This document shows, piece after piece, positions 24,211 to 32,000 of a stretch of DNA of 32,000 nt. The notes below the pieces were generated by a model. It had not been told where the DNA came from, made no database searches, and saw only the letters and a list, made by a program, of their open reading frames with translations. The DNA is taken from positions 930,001 to 962,000 of the forward strand of contig JALDRA010000001.1 of assembly GCA_031316235.1 (NCBI GenBank), in the 5' to 3' direction. Source of the stretch: Candidatus Scalindua sp. (GTDB lineage Bacteria > Planctomycetota > Brocadiia > Brocadiales > Scalinduaceae). Position 1 is the stretch's first letter, and every line of letters begins with the position of its first letter. The translations under genes and the position numbers were made by a program.

Positions 24211-25302
24211 CTACACATTAAAGAGAAAATGCATAATATCCCCATCTTTTACTACGTACTCTTTTCCCTCAATCCTTAAGAGCCCTTTTTCCTTAACCTT
24301 TTGTTCAGACTTGTATGTCGCAAGATCTTCGTAACCATAGACCTCTGCACGTATAAAACCCCGTTCAAAGTCGCTATGGATAACACCTGCCGCCTGCGGC
24401 GCCTTTGTCCCGCTTCTTATTGTCCATGCACGTACCTCCTTAGGCCCGGCAGTAAAATAGGTCATAAGCCCCAGTAAGGTGTAGGTCTCACGAATTAATC
24501 TCTTGAGCCCTGATTCTTTCAGCCCCATATCCTCATAATAGTCTGCCTGCTCCGAGGGATCCATCTGGGAGATCTCTGCCTCAATGTCCCCGGAGAGAAC
24601 CACATACTTTGAACCTTCTTTCTCCGCATACGCCCTGATAGTATCAATGTGGCCTTTATCCTTCTCGACATCAAAGACATTGATAACGTACAAGACAGGT
24701 TTTGCCGAAATGAGGTGTAAATCCGCCGTACATATCTTCTCTTTCTCGGTCAGTGGCAGGAGCCGCAACGGAATATTATTATTCAAGCCCTCCTCAACTT
24801 TATTGAGTACCTCAAGTTCTGCCAATATCTTCTTATCTCCGGTCTTGGTGAGTTTTTTGTTTTTCACTATCCGTTTTTCAACCGTTTCCAGATCGGCAAG
24901 GAGGAGTTCCGTATGAATAATTTCAATGTCCCGGATCGGGTCCACAGTCCCTTCTACGTGTACGGTGTCTTCTTTCTCAAAACAGCGCACAACATGTAAA
25001 ATAGCATTTACGCTCTTGATATGACCCAAAAACTTATTCCCTAATCCCTCTCCTTTGCTGGCTCCTTTAACCAGGCCGGCAATATCCACAAATTCAACCA
25101 TTGCAGGAATTACCTTTTCCGGAGGAATAAATTCCGTAATTTTCTCTAATCGTTCATCCGGGACAGCTACCACACCAATATTTGGGTCAATGGTACAGAA
25201 TGGATAATTTTCTGAAGCTGCCTTACTGGATGATGTTAATGCATTAAAAATGGTGGATTTGCCAACATTCGGCAACCCGACAATACCACAGTTTAACCCC
25301 AT
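24211..25302 (-). CDS. ychF: Ribosome-binding ATPase YchF (Obg-like)
   Basis: 363 aa with the N-terminal G1 motif GIVGLPNVGKSTIFNAL, DIAGLVKGASKGEGLGNKFL, and a TGS-like C-terminus RAWTIRSGTKAPQAAGVIHSDFERGFIRAEV. Confidence 0.95.
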   Translation of the reverse strand: MGLNCGIVGLPNVGKSTIFNALTSSSKAASENYPFCTIDPNIGVVAVPDERLEKITEFIPPEKVIPAMVEFVDIAGLVKGASKGEGLGNKFLGHIKSVNAILHVVRCFEKEDTVHVEGTVDPIRDIEIIHTELLLADLETVEKRIVKNKKLTKTGDKKILAELEVLNKVEEGLNNNIPLRLLPLTEKEKICTADLHLISAKPVLYVINVFDVEKDKGHIDTIRAYAEKEGSKYVVLSGDIEAEISQMDPSEQADYYEDMGLKESGLKRLIRETYTLLGLMTYFTAGPKEVRAWTIRSGTKAPQAAGVIHSDFERGFIRAEVYGYEDLATYKSEQKVKEKGLLRIEGKEYVVKDGDIMHFLFNV

Positions 25303-25462
25303 AACGTAAAATCCCTCTCTCGTTTCTCTTGATTGTAATAAATATAAATGTTACAAAATATCACCTATACATACACAGGTATCCTTTTCGCGTAAAACTT
25401 TTCCAGACTCCTTTCTCCCTGTTAACTGGTACTTGAATTTAAACCCCTCGTTGAACAACTAT

Positions 25463-25693
25463 CTATTCCTCTGTTTCCATTTTAAATCGCAGGTACAACT
25501 CCTCAACCTTCTTCCTGGCCCAGGGGACCCTTCTCAGAAATTTCAGACTGGATTTCATACTGGGTTCGTGATTAAAGCACCTGATATTGATCATGCTTCC
25601 CATTTCATCCCACCCATAATGGTCGACAAAGCTGGTAAGAATTCTTTCCAGAGTTATACCGTGAAGGGGATTATTGGGTTGTTGCTCTTCCAT
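25463..25693 (-). CDS. DUF2132 (VF530-like) small protein
   Basis: [60 protein letters not shown] matches the DUF2132 pattern as I recall it. Confidence 0.75.
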   Translation of the reverse strand: MEEQQPNNPLHGITLERILTSFVDHYGWDEMGSMINIRCFNHEPSMKSSLKFLRRVPWARKKVEELYLRFKMETEE

Positions 25694-25694
25694 C

Positions 25695-25772
25695 TATACT
25701 AAATCTTGGTGAAGGTTTACTCGCTCCGTTTTTTCTCGGATTTTACCCGAAAACCATTATGAGATGAGTATA
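25695..25772 (-). repeat. Family-A repeat, 78-bp deletion derivative of the 112-bp subfamily
   Basis: TATACTAAATCTTGGTGAAGGTTTACTCGCTC...CGGATTTTACCCGAAAACCATTATGAGATGAGTATA lacks the GGTTT..AAACC hairpin. It starts 2 bp from the DUF2132 start codon. Confidence 0.75.
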
Positions 25773-26002
25773 TTTACTGCTCTTACTTTTTATCGAGTTC
25801 ATGCATGCTTCCTGCCTGTGCAGAGAAACCTCTCTGCCTGGAGCGCACCAGGCAGAAGCAGACAGGCATGACTCTTTCAAAATGACCACCTCGTCCCCGA
25901 GCCCCGATGAATCCCCGCCTGAATGGTGATGAAGTCGGGCAGGGTTCAGGCAGGTGTGCCTCGGCACAACAAAGCATGTAATCTATTGATTGGTGTTCGA
26001 TT

Positions 26003-26114
26003 TATACGAAAATCGATTTGGTTTTCGGTCTTACCGGAAACCAAATCCTGGTGAAGGTATACTCGCTCAATTTTATCTCGGATTTTATCCGAAAACCATT
26101 ATGAGATGAGTATA
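26003..26114 (-). repeat. Family-A repeat, 112-bp subfamily
   Basis: TATACGAAAATCGATTTGGTTTTCGGTCTTACCGGAAACCAAATCCTGGTGAAGGTATACTCGCTCAATTTTATCTCGGATTTTATCCGAAAACCATTATGAGATGAGTATA. Confidence 0.85.
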
Positions 26115-26131
26115 GAATGAAAATTCCTCTT

Positions 26132-26965
26132 TTACTCAACCAGTTTAATACCATTCTCCTCAAGCGTAACAAGTCTTTCCCTGTAAATGGCACCTATTGC
26201 CTTTTTATACGTTTTCTTACTCACACCAAACAGCTGGTAAATGACTTCAGGTGAGCTTTTGTCTGTTACAGAAAGGTACCCTCCTCTCTTTTTCAAGACA
26301 GCAATAATTAACTCCTTTACATCATTGACCTTTTCATAACCAGGCTTCTGGAGACACAGGTCTATCTTCTTATCTTCTCTCACTTTTTTAATGAATCCCT
26401 TTATCTTCTCTCCCTTCCTGAGTGTCTGGTACACATCTCTGTAATGAAGTACCCCCCAATGAGAGTTGTTTATGATGGCTTTATAACCTATATCGGTCTT
26501 GCCGCATATGAACAGTTCAACTTCCCAGCCTACGTGAAAGTTACCCGGTTTTTTGTCAAGGAATTTATCAAGTCTTGAAGAGGCTGTGATGCGGTTGGTT
26601 CTTTCATCGACATAAACCCTCACGATATAAGAAAGACCCTCTTCCATCACCGTGTTCTGTTCACCGAAAGGCACCAGCAGATCTTTGGTTAACCCCCAGT
26701 CGAGGAAAACCCCGATACGATCAACGGAAACAACCTTCAGCATGGCGAAATCACCCACCGTCGCATAGGGACTTTCCGTCGTCGCAATTATACGATCTTC
26801 AGAATCTCGATAGACAAAAACCTTGAGGCTGTCGTCTACCTTACAATTTTCGGGGACGTATCTGCGCGGGAGCAGTATCTCTCCAAGCCCTCCACCATCA
26901 AGATAGAGACCGAAATCGACCGTCTTGATTACCCTCAGTTTGTTCAGTTTTCCTATCTCCGCCAT
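26132..26965 (-). CDS. cvfB: S1 RNA-binding domain protein of the CvfB/YitL family
   Basis: I prefer the ATG at 26965 over the TTG at 26989. Repeated S1-like segments are FGLYLDGGGLGEILLPRRYVP, IGVFLDWGLTKDLLVPFGEQ and GYKAIINNSHWGVLHYRDV, with a winged-helix-like C-terminus. Confidence 0.75.
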   Translation of the reverse strand: MAEIGKLNKLRVIKTVDFGLYLDGGGLGEILLPRRYVPENCKVDDSLKVFVYRDSEDRIIATTESPYATVGDFAMLKVVSVDRIGVFLDWGLTKDLLVPFGEQNTVMEEGLSYIVRVYVDERTNRITASSRLDKFLDKKPGNFHVGWEVELFICGKTDIGYKAIINNSHWGVLHYRDVYQTLRKGEKIKGFIKKVREDKKIDLCLQKPGYEKVNDVKELIIAVLKKRGGYLSVTDKSSPEVIYQLFGVSKKTYKKAIGAIYRERLVTLEENGIKLVE

Positions 26966-27471
26966 GTATAATCTGCCTTTACCTGACAATTAGAATAAAA
27001 GGAAACAACTCTCACATGTTAAACGAAACATCGAGAAAGACTCCTATTCTATTAGGTAATTCATACTATTTCAAAGATTATATTCCTGTTATTTCACAAA
27101 TTGTTTTTCATCGGGTCAGTCCGTACTGCCAGTGCATATAAGAAATTTATGCCTTTTTTTAGTTCTGACCAGGCCACGTAAAATAGGATTGTCACCTGTT
27201 GAGGTGTTCATTATTTAGACAATTTGTTGCCAATTTAAACGCCAGCAACCACTTCACGTCCACCATGAAGAGAAGACAGGAATCAGAAAAAGACAGTATC
27301 TTTATATTGATAAACCACTTAGAGAAAAACGAGATATAAGCAGCTTTATACGCATAAATGGCGCATTTGTTGCTAATACTAAATGTTGAGTAATTACTCT
27401 TGTACAGAAATTTATAAAGAACAGGTATTGAGGTGGTACGCCAGAAATACATTTTTCAGGAGGGTATAATT

Positions 27472-28113
27472 ATGAGATACAAAAAAATGGTATTTGTAAC
27501 TTTTATGAGTGTATTCATTGTCATGGCCACGCAACCATATCTCTGGTCTGGAGTCCCGGCGAAAATCGTTGAGGATATTATCCATAATGATTCTTCATCC
27601 GTTTCAGGAGAAAAGACTCCTCAAGAGGAAACAGAACTCTGGGAAAAGATTTCACCCTCTTTTCATTTTGAAGAGATGGCCAGGATGTCATTAGGGGAAC
27701 AGTGGAGAAATCTATACCCGAAACAACAGGAAGAATTCATGAGATTGTTTACCAAAAACCTCAAAAGCTCTTACCTGAGAAATACAACCCATATCTTTAT
27801 AGATAAAATTCTCTCGATAGAGGAAAAACAAGGTAAAAACCATGCCAAAGTACAAACTGAACTACTCACAAGGAGGGGGAAAGAGATCAGTGCGGTCTTT
27901 TACTTACTCAACAAAAATGAGAATTGGAAAATCTATGACATTAACATTGAAGGGGTAAGCCTTATCAGCAATTACCATAGCCAATTTCAAAGTGTTATAG
28001 TTCACTCCTCATACGATGGCCTGATACAAAAGATGAGGCAAAAACACGATAAGGATTATTTATTATCTGGATACGAACTCCTTGTCCAGGAGCAAGCGAA
28101 ACGAACCTATTAA
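27472..28113 (+). CDS. MlaC/Ttg2D-family periplasmic lipid-binding protein
   Basis: Start is at 27472 (RBS AGGAGGG) with a signal-like N-terminus. MARMSLGEQWRNLYPKQQEEFMRLFTKNLKSSYL and WKIYDINIEGVSLISNYHSQFQSVI match the family pattern. No mlaDEF genes are adjacent. Confidence 0.7.
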   Translation: MRYKKMVFVTFMSVFIVMATQPYLWSGVPAKIVEDIIHNDSSSVSGEKTPQEETELWEKISPSFHFEEMARMSLGEQWRNLYPKQQEEFMRLFTKNLKSSYLRNTTHIFIDKILSIEEKQGKNHAKVQTELLTRRGKEISAVFYLLNKNENWKIYDINIEGVSLISNYHSQFQSVIVHSSYDGLIQKMRQKHDKDYLLSGYELLVQEQAKRTY

Positions 28114-28328
28114 ATGATTCAGAATCTTTGAACCTAGCTCAGGGTGCGGGAAAGAATATCACTATATTTTTTCCTGAACCCTTAAGGCCGGGTGAGCAGT
28201 GGGTAGAGTACTTCAATTTCCGTAAGGCTTTGATTTAATGTTCCACAGATAACCCGCCAGTTTATCCATATCGGTATCAAGAAACGGATACTTCATCAGA
28301 TTACACATGGATAGCTCCCAGAATGTTT

Positions 28329-28454
28329 CAAGTTAAACGAAAACTACCCATCTACTGCGTTGCTGTAATAATCTGGTACTCCTCACGTACCTGAGTACGT
28401 TCCGGTTCCGAAATTATTACGTGCCTTGTATCTGGGCTGTTTTCGTTTAACTTG
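28329..28454 (-). repeat. Family-B repeat (126 bp), opposite orientation
   Basis: CAAGTTAAACGAAAAC (28329-28344) is the exact reverse complement of GTTTTCGTTTAACTTG (28439-28454). The interior is the reverse complement of the B core (CCTCACGTACCTGAGTACGTTCCGG). Confidence 0.8.
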
Positions 28455-28756
28455 TAAATTTCCATCAAGAAATTAACTTATTTATTGTAACACAATAACG
28501 GGATAGACATAAATTGTATCCTGTACCTGTATGACAATCGTTTTTATGGTCAGCGCCGTAGTCACATCCACCATCGGCACAAATGTACAGGCGCGTCCAC
28601 CTTGCACGCTTTCGAAACTGGTAGCCCCATGCAAGAGGGCGGATCTGCGTCTATTCCTAAACCCCACTTCGGTGTGCGGTGCGCTTCATACTATGACCTG
28701 AGAACGGTATCCCTCCAGGATGTGTAATAATACCAAGTCATTATTTTCTCAGCGGG

Positions 28757-30307
28757 CTAAACAATTATCAAATTTTTACTGGTCATCTCGGCAGGTTTTT
28801 CTATCCCTAAGAGATAGAGGATGGTGGGAGCAATGTCGGAAAGGATTCCACTTTCAACGAGTTTTACGTTTTTATAGTCTTCGGCTACATAGATGAATTC
28901 AACGAGATTTTTCGTATGGGATGTCTTTGGTATGCGGGTCTCATAATCTATCATCTCTTCAGCATTTCCATGGTCGGCCGTAATCAGGGCTATTTTGTTA
29001 TGAGACAATACCTCATCTACCAGGAGTCCGACACATTCATCAACTACCTCTACCGCCTTTTTAGCCGCCTCATAGTCTCCCGTATGACCAACCATGTCGC
29101 AATTTGCCAGATTTATGACCAGCAGACTAAAACTGTTTGAATTGATGATCTCAATGGTTTTTCTCGTTACATCACGGGCATTCATTTCAGGATGGGATGC
29201 AAACGTAGCGGGGTCGTATTCACCCTTGATCTCAATCTGCTCTTCACCTGTATAGGGTTCTGTTCGTTTACCATTAAAGAAGGATGTTACATGGCTGAAC
29301 TTTTGTGTCTCAGCAATACGGACCTGCCTGAGTCCTTTTTGACTCAGCACCTGCCCGAGAAGGTTGTGCATCCCACCGCTGTCATTCATCGCACCCAGGA
29401 TGTTATATCGAAAGGTATCATAATATCTGGTAAGTCCGCAATAAACGATGTCCAGCTTTTTCCACCGAACCCCTGGATAATCTTCTTCCACAAAAGCCTT
29501 TGTCAATTGAATAGCCCTGTCCTGTCGGTAATTGATATGAATTACCGAATCACCGTCACGAATCCCTTTAAAGTCTCCAACGATCATTGGCGGTATGTAC
29601 TCGTCAAACATCGCCTCACCATTTGGAGTCTTCGTATTGTATACATCCCTGATTGCATCATCAATATCAGTTATCTTTACACCTTGTGCCCTTGTTAATG
29701 CATCATAGGCTATTGTCGTCAGTTCCCAGTTCCTGCCGCGATCCATCGCATAGTATCTGCCCATTATGGTTGCAATCTCACCGATCTTATACTCCTCAAT
29801 CTTCTGTTTTAAGACACCAATGTAGTGTAATGCACTCCTCGGTGAAGTATCCCTTCCATCGGTAAAAAAATGGATGTATACCCTTTTCACTCCGCGCTCT
29901 TTTGCATATTTCATGATTGCAAAGAGATGGTCCTGATGTGCATGTACCCCCTCGTCCTGGACGAGTCCCATGAGATGAAGTGCTGAATTATTGTCAAGAA
30001 CGTTCGAAACAGCCTTCTGAAAGTTTTGACTCTGAAAAAATGATCCATCCTGGATGCTTTGCATGATCCTGGTCATCTCCTGCACAACGACCCTTCCGGC
30101 ACCCATATTGAGGTGTCCGACTTCTGAAGAACCCTGGTAACCATCTGGTAAGCCAACCGAACACCCTGATGCACTCAGGAGGATATTCGGATATTTTTTG
30201 AGGAGATCATCGGTCTTTGGCGTATGGGCATTCATTACCGCATTAAATTCAGGATTTGGGTTTACGCCCCAGCCATCTCTAATAATGAGAACAATCGATT
30301 GTTGCAT
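28757..30307 (-). CDS. gpmI: 2,3-bisphosphoglycerate-independent phosphoglycerate mutase
   Basis: 516 aa carrying IIRDGWG, GSSEVGHLNMGAGRVV (catalytic Ser context), NLANCDMVGHTG and TADHGNAE. Confidence 0.95.
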   Translation of the reverse strand: MQQSIVLIIRDGWGVNPNPEFNAVMNAHTPKTDDLLKKYPNILLSASGCSVGLPDGYQGSSEVGHLNMGAGRVVVQEMTRIMQSIQDGSFFQSQNFQKAVSNVLDNNSALHLMGLVQDEGVHAHQDHLFAIMKYAKERGVKRVYIHFFTDGRDTSPRSALHYIGVLKQKIEEYKIGEIATIMGRYYAMDRGRNWELTTIAYDALTRAQGVKITDIDDAIRDVYNTKTPNGEAMFDEYIPPMIVGDFKGIRDGDSVIHINYRQDRAIQLTKAFVEEDYPGVRWKKLDIVYCGLTRYYDTFRYNILGAMNDSGGMHNLLGQVLSQKGLRQVRIAETQKFSHVTSFFNGKRTEPYTGEEQIEIKGEYDPATFASHPEMNARDVTRKTIEIINSNSFSLLVINLANCDMVGHTGDYEAAKKAVEVVDECVGLLVDEVLSHNKIALITADHGNAEEMIDYETRIPKTSHTKNLVEFIYVAEDYKNVKLVESGILSDIAPTILYLLGIEKPAEMTSKNLIIV

Positions 30308-30446
30308 ACGTTAACAGAACCTGAAAGTGTTGAAATAAAAAAATCCATGGATAAAATCCTTTACCTGTTAAGAGTATGGGAAAACCCTGGATTTCTGCTT
30401 TGTTTTTAAAGCTATCGCGCCTCAATGTCTCTTTTCAACTTGAAGC

Positions 30447-31463
30447 CTAGTCTTTATATGTATAGCCGTATTTTATGGCACGGGTATTCTCTTCCCGAAA
30501 TCTCGAATGTAATTCTGATTGAAAATCTATCGCTTCGATCTTGATACCAATCATGCTGAGCAGCCTTCCCAGCGCTAACATATTTACAAAGACCGGACTA
30601 TTGAACTCTTCTAAAGATATTTGAGAAAAAGGAATTCTATTACTTACAGGACAGATAATGTCACAGCCCGTACATTCCTGATTACAGGCAGCAGCATCAA
30701 TAACTATTTCTTTGGCATTCACTAAGGGTTTTTTACCCTTGGACAAACAAATTCCCACATCAGCTTTTTCAAAGAATGGTGTTTCAATCTTTTCGTCAGA
30801 ATAGATCAACTCAGCCGTTATCTCTCCTCCCCGGACGGCAGCACCATAGACAATGTTCAATGATACCTCCTTTCCCATTTTCGCAAGTATATTCCCAAGG
30901 GTATGCGCCATAAGTTTTATACCCTGCCCCGCCTCTCCTACAAGGATTATTTTTTTTGTCCTTTTTTCTAAAGGGGTCGGCGCTAATTTTTTCACCATCT
31001 GGATAATGCTCACCCCGAAAAACTGTTCGTCTATAAAGGATTTCTGCTCAAAACCAGCACTTCTAAACAGCTGGTGCAGGTCTCTCTCTTTAGGATAAGA
31101 GGAGAATATACGCGCTTCATAACAAGACTTCTTTATGAACTGTTTTATGGTTTCATTCAAAAGATCCCTTGCGTACCCTCTTCCTCTACAGGGCACTTTA
31201 ACCCCTAACCAGTGGATGTTTCCAATACCATCGGTAACCCAGGAAAATACAAAACTGACAATCTCTTTCCCCAGCTTTCCCACAAGATAAACAGAGTCTT
31301 TCTCCTTGATATGCTCAGTAACTTTTTTAGCAGAATATGCTGCCTTAAAATGTTTACGTTCAGATTCAAGGCTCCCCGCGTGCAATTCGTCAATAACTGA
31401 CTGAAACAATTTCACCGTCTCCTTCACATCTGCTTCAGCAAGTTTCGTTATCACATATTTCAT
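30447..31463 (-). CDS. Fusion protein: N-terminal GNAT acetyltransferase domain plus 2-oxoacid:ferredoxin oxidoreductase gamma-subunit domain
   Basis: Residues ~1-165 carry GNAT motif A (WLGVKVPCRGRGYARDLLNETI). Residues ~170-338 match the POR/KOR gamma pattern (KIILVGEAGQGIKLMAHTLGNILAKMGKEVSLNIVYGAAVRGGEITAELIYS...ADVGICLS). The start overlaps the beta-subunit stop (ATGA, 31460-31463). Confidence 0.8.
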   Translation of the reverse strand: MKYVITKLAEADVKETVKLFQSVIDELHAGSLESERKHFKAAYSAKKVTEHIKEKDSVYLVGKLGKEIVSFVFSWVTDGIGNIHWLGVKVPCRGRGYARDLLNETIKQFIKKSCYEARIFSSYPKERDLHQLFRSAGFEQKSFIDEQFFGVSIIQMVKKLAPTPLEKRTKKIILVGEAGQGIKLMAHTLGNILAKMGKEVSLNIVYGAAVRGGEITAELIYSDEKIETPFFEKADVGICLSKGKKPLVNAKEIVIDAAACNQECTGCDIICPVSNRIPFSQISLEEFNSPVFVNMLALGRLLSMIGIKIEAIDFQSELHSRFREENTRAIKYGYTYKD

Positions 31464-32000
31464 CTTATAATCCCAATTTCATTGTGCTCTAACGTATCGG
31501 TGTTATCGTTTATCTTAAAAGTATCTTTATAGGACATCAACATTTCATACGCATTCTTAAAACCTCGTCTACGGCCATCATTGGTAATGCATTGGGTCCT
31601 TATCTCAACAAAAGACAATCCCTCGTGCTTGAATGACTCAGTAATGCATTTATCCGCATGGTTGAAGTGGAATACGGTCGTCCGGGCATAATAAGAATTG
31701 TGAGCCTTCAGGATAGCTTGCGCATCAATGGGTGTATCAGCATTCCCTTCAGGTGCAGTAAGAGTTCTTGACCCCTGTTCAGTGGTTGGTGAGGACTGTC
31801 CGCCTGTCATGCCGTAGATGGAATTCGCAATGCAAATGATACTGATGTTTGTATTTCTTCTTGATGCGTGCAATAAATGGTTCCCGCCAATTCCCAGGAG
31901 ATCACCATCACCGCTTATGATGATTACGTTAAGGGCCTGGTTGACATTTTTTATTCCCTCAGCTACGGGAATTGCTCTTCCATGTACAGAATGAACAGAA
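31460..32000 (-). CDS. 2-oxoacid:ferredoxin oxidoreductase beta (TPP-binding) subunit; 5' end outside the window
   Basis: The frame stays open to the window edge upstream of the track start. It reads ...HGRAIPVAEGIKNVNQALNVIIISGDGDLLGIGGNHLLHASRRNTNISIICIANSIYGMTGGQSSPTT, which contains the TPP motif GDG...N. Confidence 0.85.
   Translation of the reverse strand, partial: SVHSVHGRAIPVAEGIKNVNQALNVIIISGDGDLLGIGGNHLLHASRRNTNISIICIANSIYGMTGGQSSPTTEQGSRTLTAPEGNADTPIDAQAILKAHNSYYARTTVFHFNHADKCITESFKHEGLSFVEIRTQCITNDGRRRGFKNAYEMLMSYKDTFKINDNTDTLEHNEIGIIR

Noticed and set aside
25743-25977. 74-aa and 64-aa ORFs in the GC-rich segment
   Set aside because: They overlap each other in different frames, have no RBS, and are Arg/Cys/His-rich and translationally implausible. 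The region is reported as a structural oddity instead.
1927-26114. Whether the recurring ~140-bp repeats could be a CRISPR array
   Set aside because: The copies are kilobases apart, occur on both strands, are variably truncated and nest in other repeats. There is no regular repeat-spacer periodicity and there are no cas genes.
27192-27452. 86-aa minus-strand ORF between cvfB and the MlaC-like gene
   Set aside because: It is an AT-rich divergent promoter region. The peptide is Phe/Tyr/Lys/Ser-rich with no RBS or motif.
28140-28320. 31-codon minus-strand ORF (MCNLMKYPFLDTDMDKLAGYLWNIKSKPYGN) next to the B repeat
   Set aside because: It is too short, has no RBS and shows no recognisable family. 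It is possibly a truncated gene fragment, but this cannot be supported.
28455-28756. 300-bp unassigned stretch with a GC-richer core (a 61-aa minus ORF and a 51-aa plus ORF)
   Set aside because: I could not recognise a protein motif, RNA family signature or repeat relationship. It may be a gene relic or a convergent terminator region. Nothing supportable can be drawn from sequence alone.

Overview
This is a 32-kb bacterial chromosomal window. It is moderately AT-rich and carries anaerobe-type housekeeping genes: 2-oxoacid:ferredoxin oxidoreductase, GpmI, YchF, a SuhB-type IMPase and a CvfB-type S1 protein. I found no rRNA, tRNA, CRISPR array, integrase or transposase gene. All function calls come from reading motifs by eye, not from database searches. 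Three things stand out. (1) A plus-strand block (about 7.3-19.5 kb) encodes a cytoplasmic multi-PAS histidine kinase, a REC-PAS-AAA+ sigma-54 activator and a single-domain response regulator. Behind a consensus sigma-54 promoter (TGGCAC-N5-TTGC, 14396-14410) it then encodes three Hsp20 genes, a membrane-anchored alpha-crystallin protein, a YfdX-like exported protein and an HtrA/DegP protease. (2) About 16 kb containing this block lies between a YhaO/SbcD-like nuclease gene (21987-23270) and a YhaN/SbcC-like ATPase gene (3228-6020). These two genes are co-oriented in the order expected for a single operon, and directly oriented copies of the same ~115-130-bp palindromic repeat sit near both junctions. 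(3) The window is saturated with at least four families of short non-autonomous repeats: A (9 copies or fragments), B (5), C (1) and D (1, with perfect 25-bp TIRs and a 9-bp target duplication). These repeats nest in each other, truncate a HEPN gene, donate a stop codon, sit in a 5' leader and add nine in-frame codons to a gene. In addition, three toxin-antitoxin-type loci (two HEPN/MNT, one DUF433/PIN-like) each pair an intact antitoxin-type gene with a damaged toxin-type gene. A GNAT domain is fused to the oxidoreductase gamma subunit.
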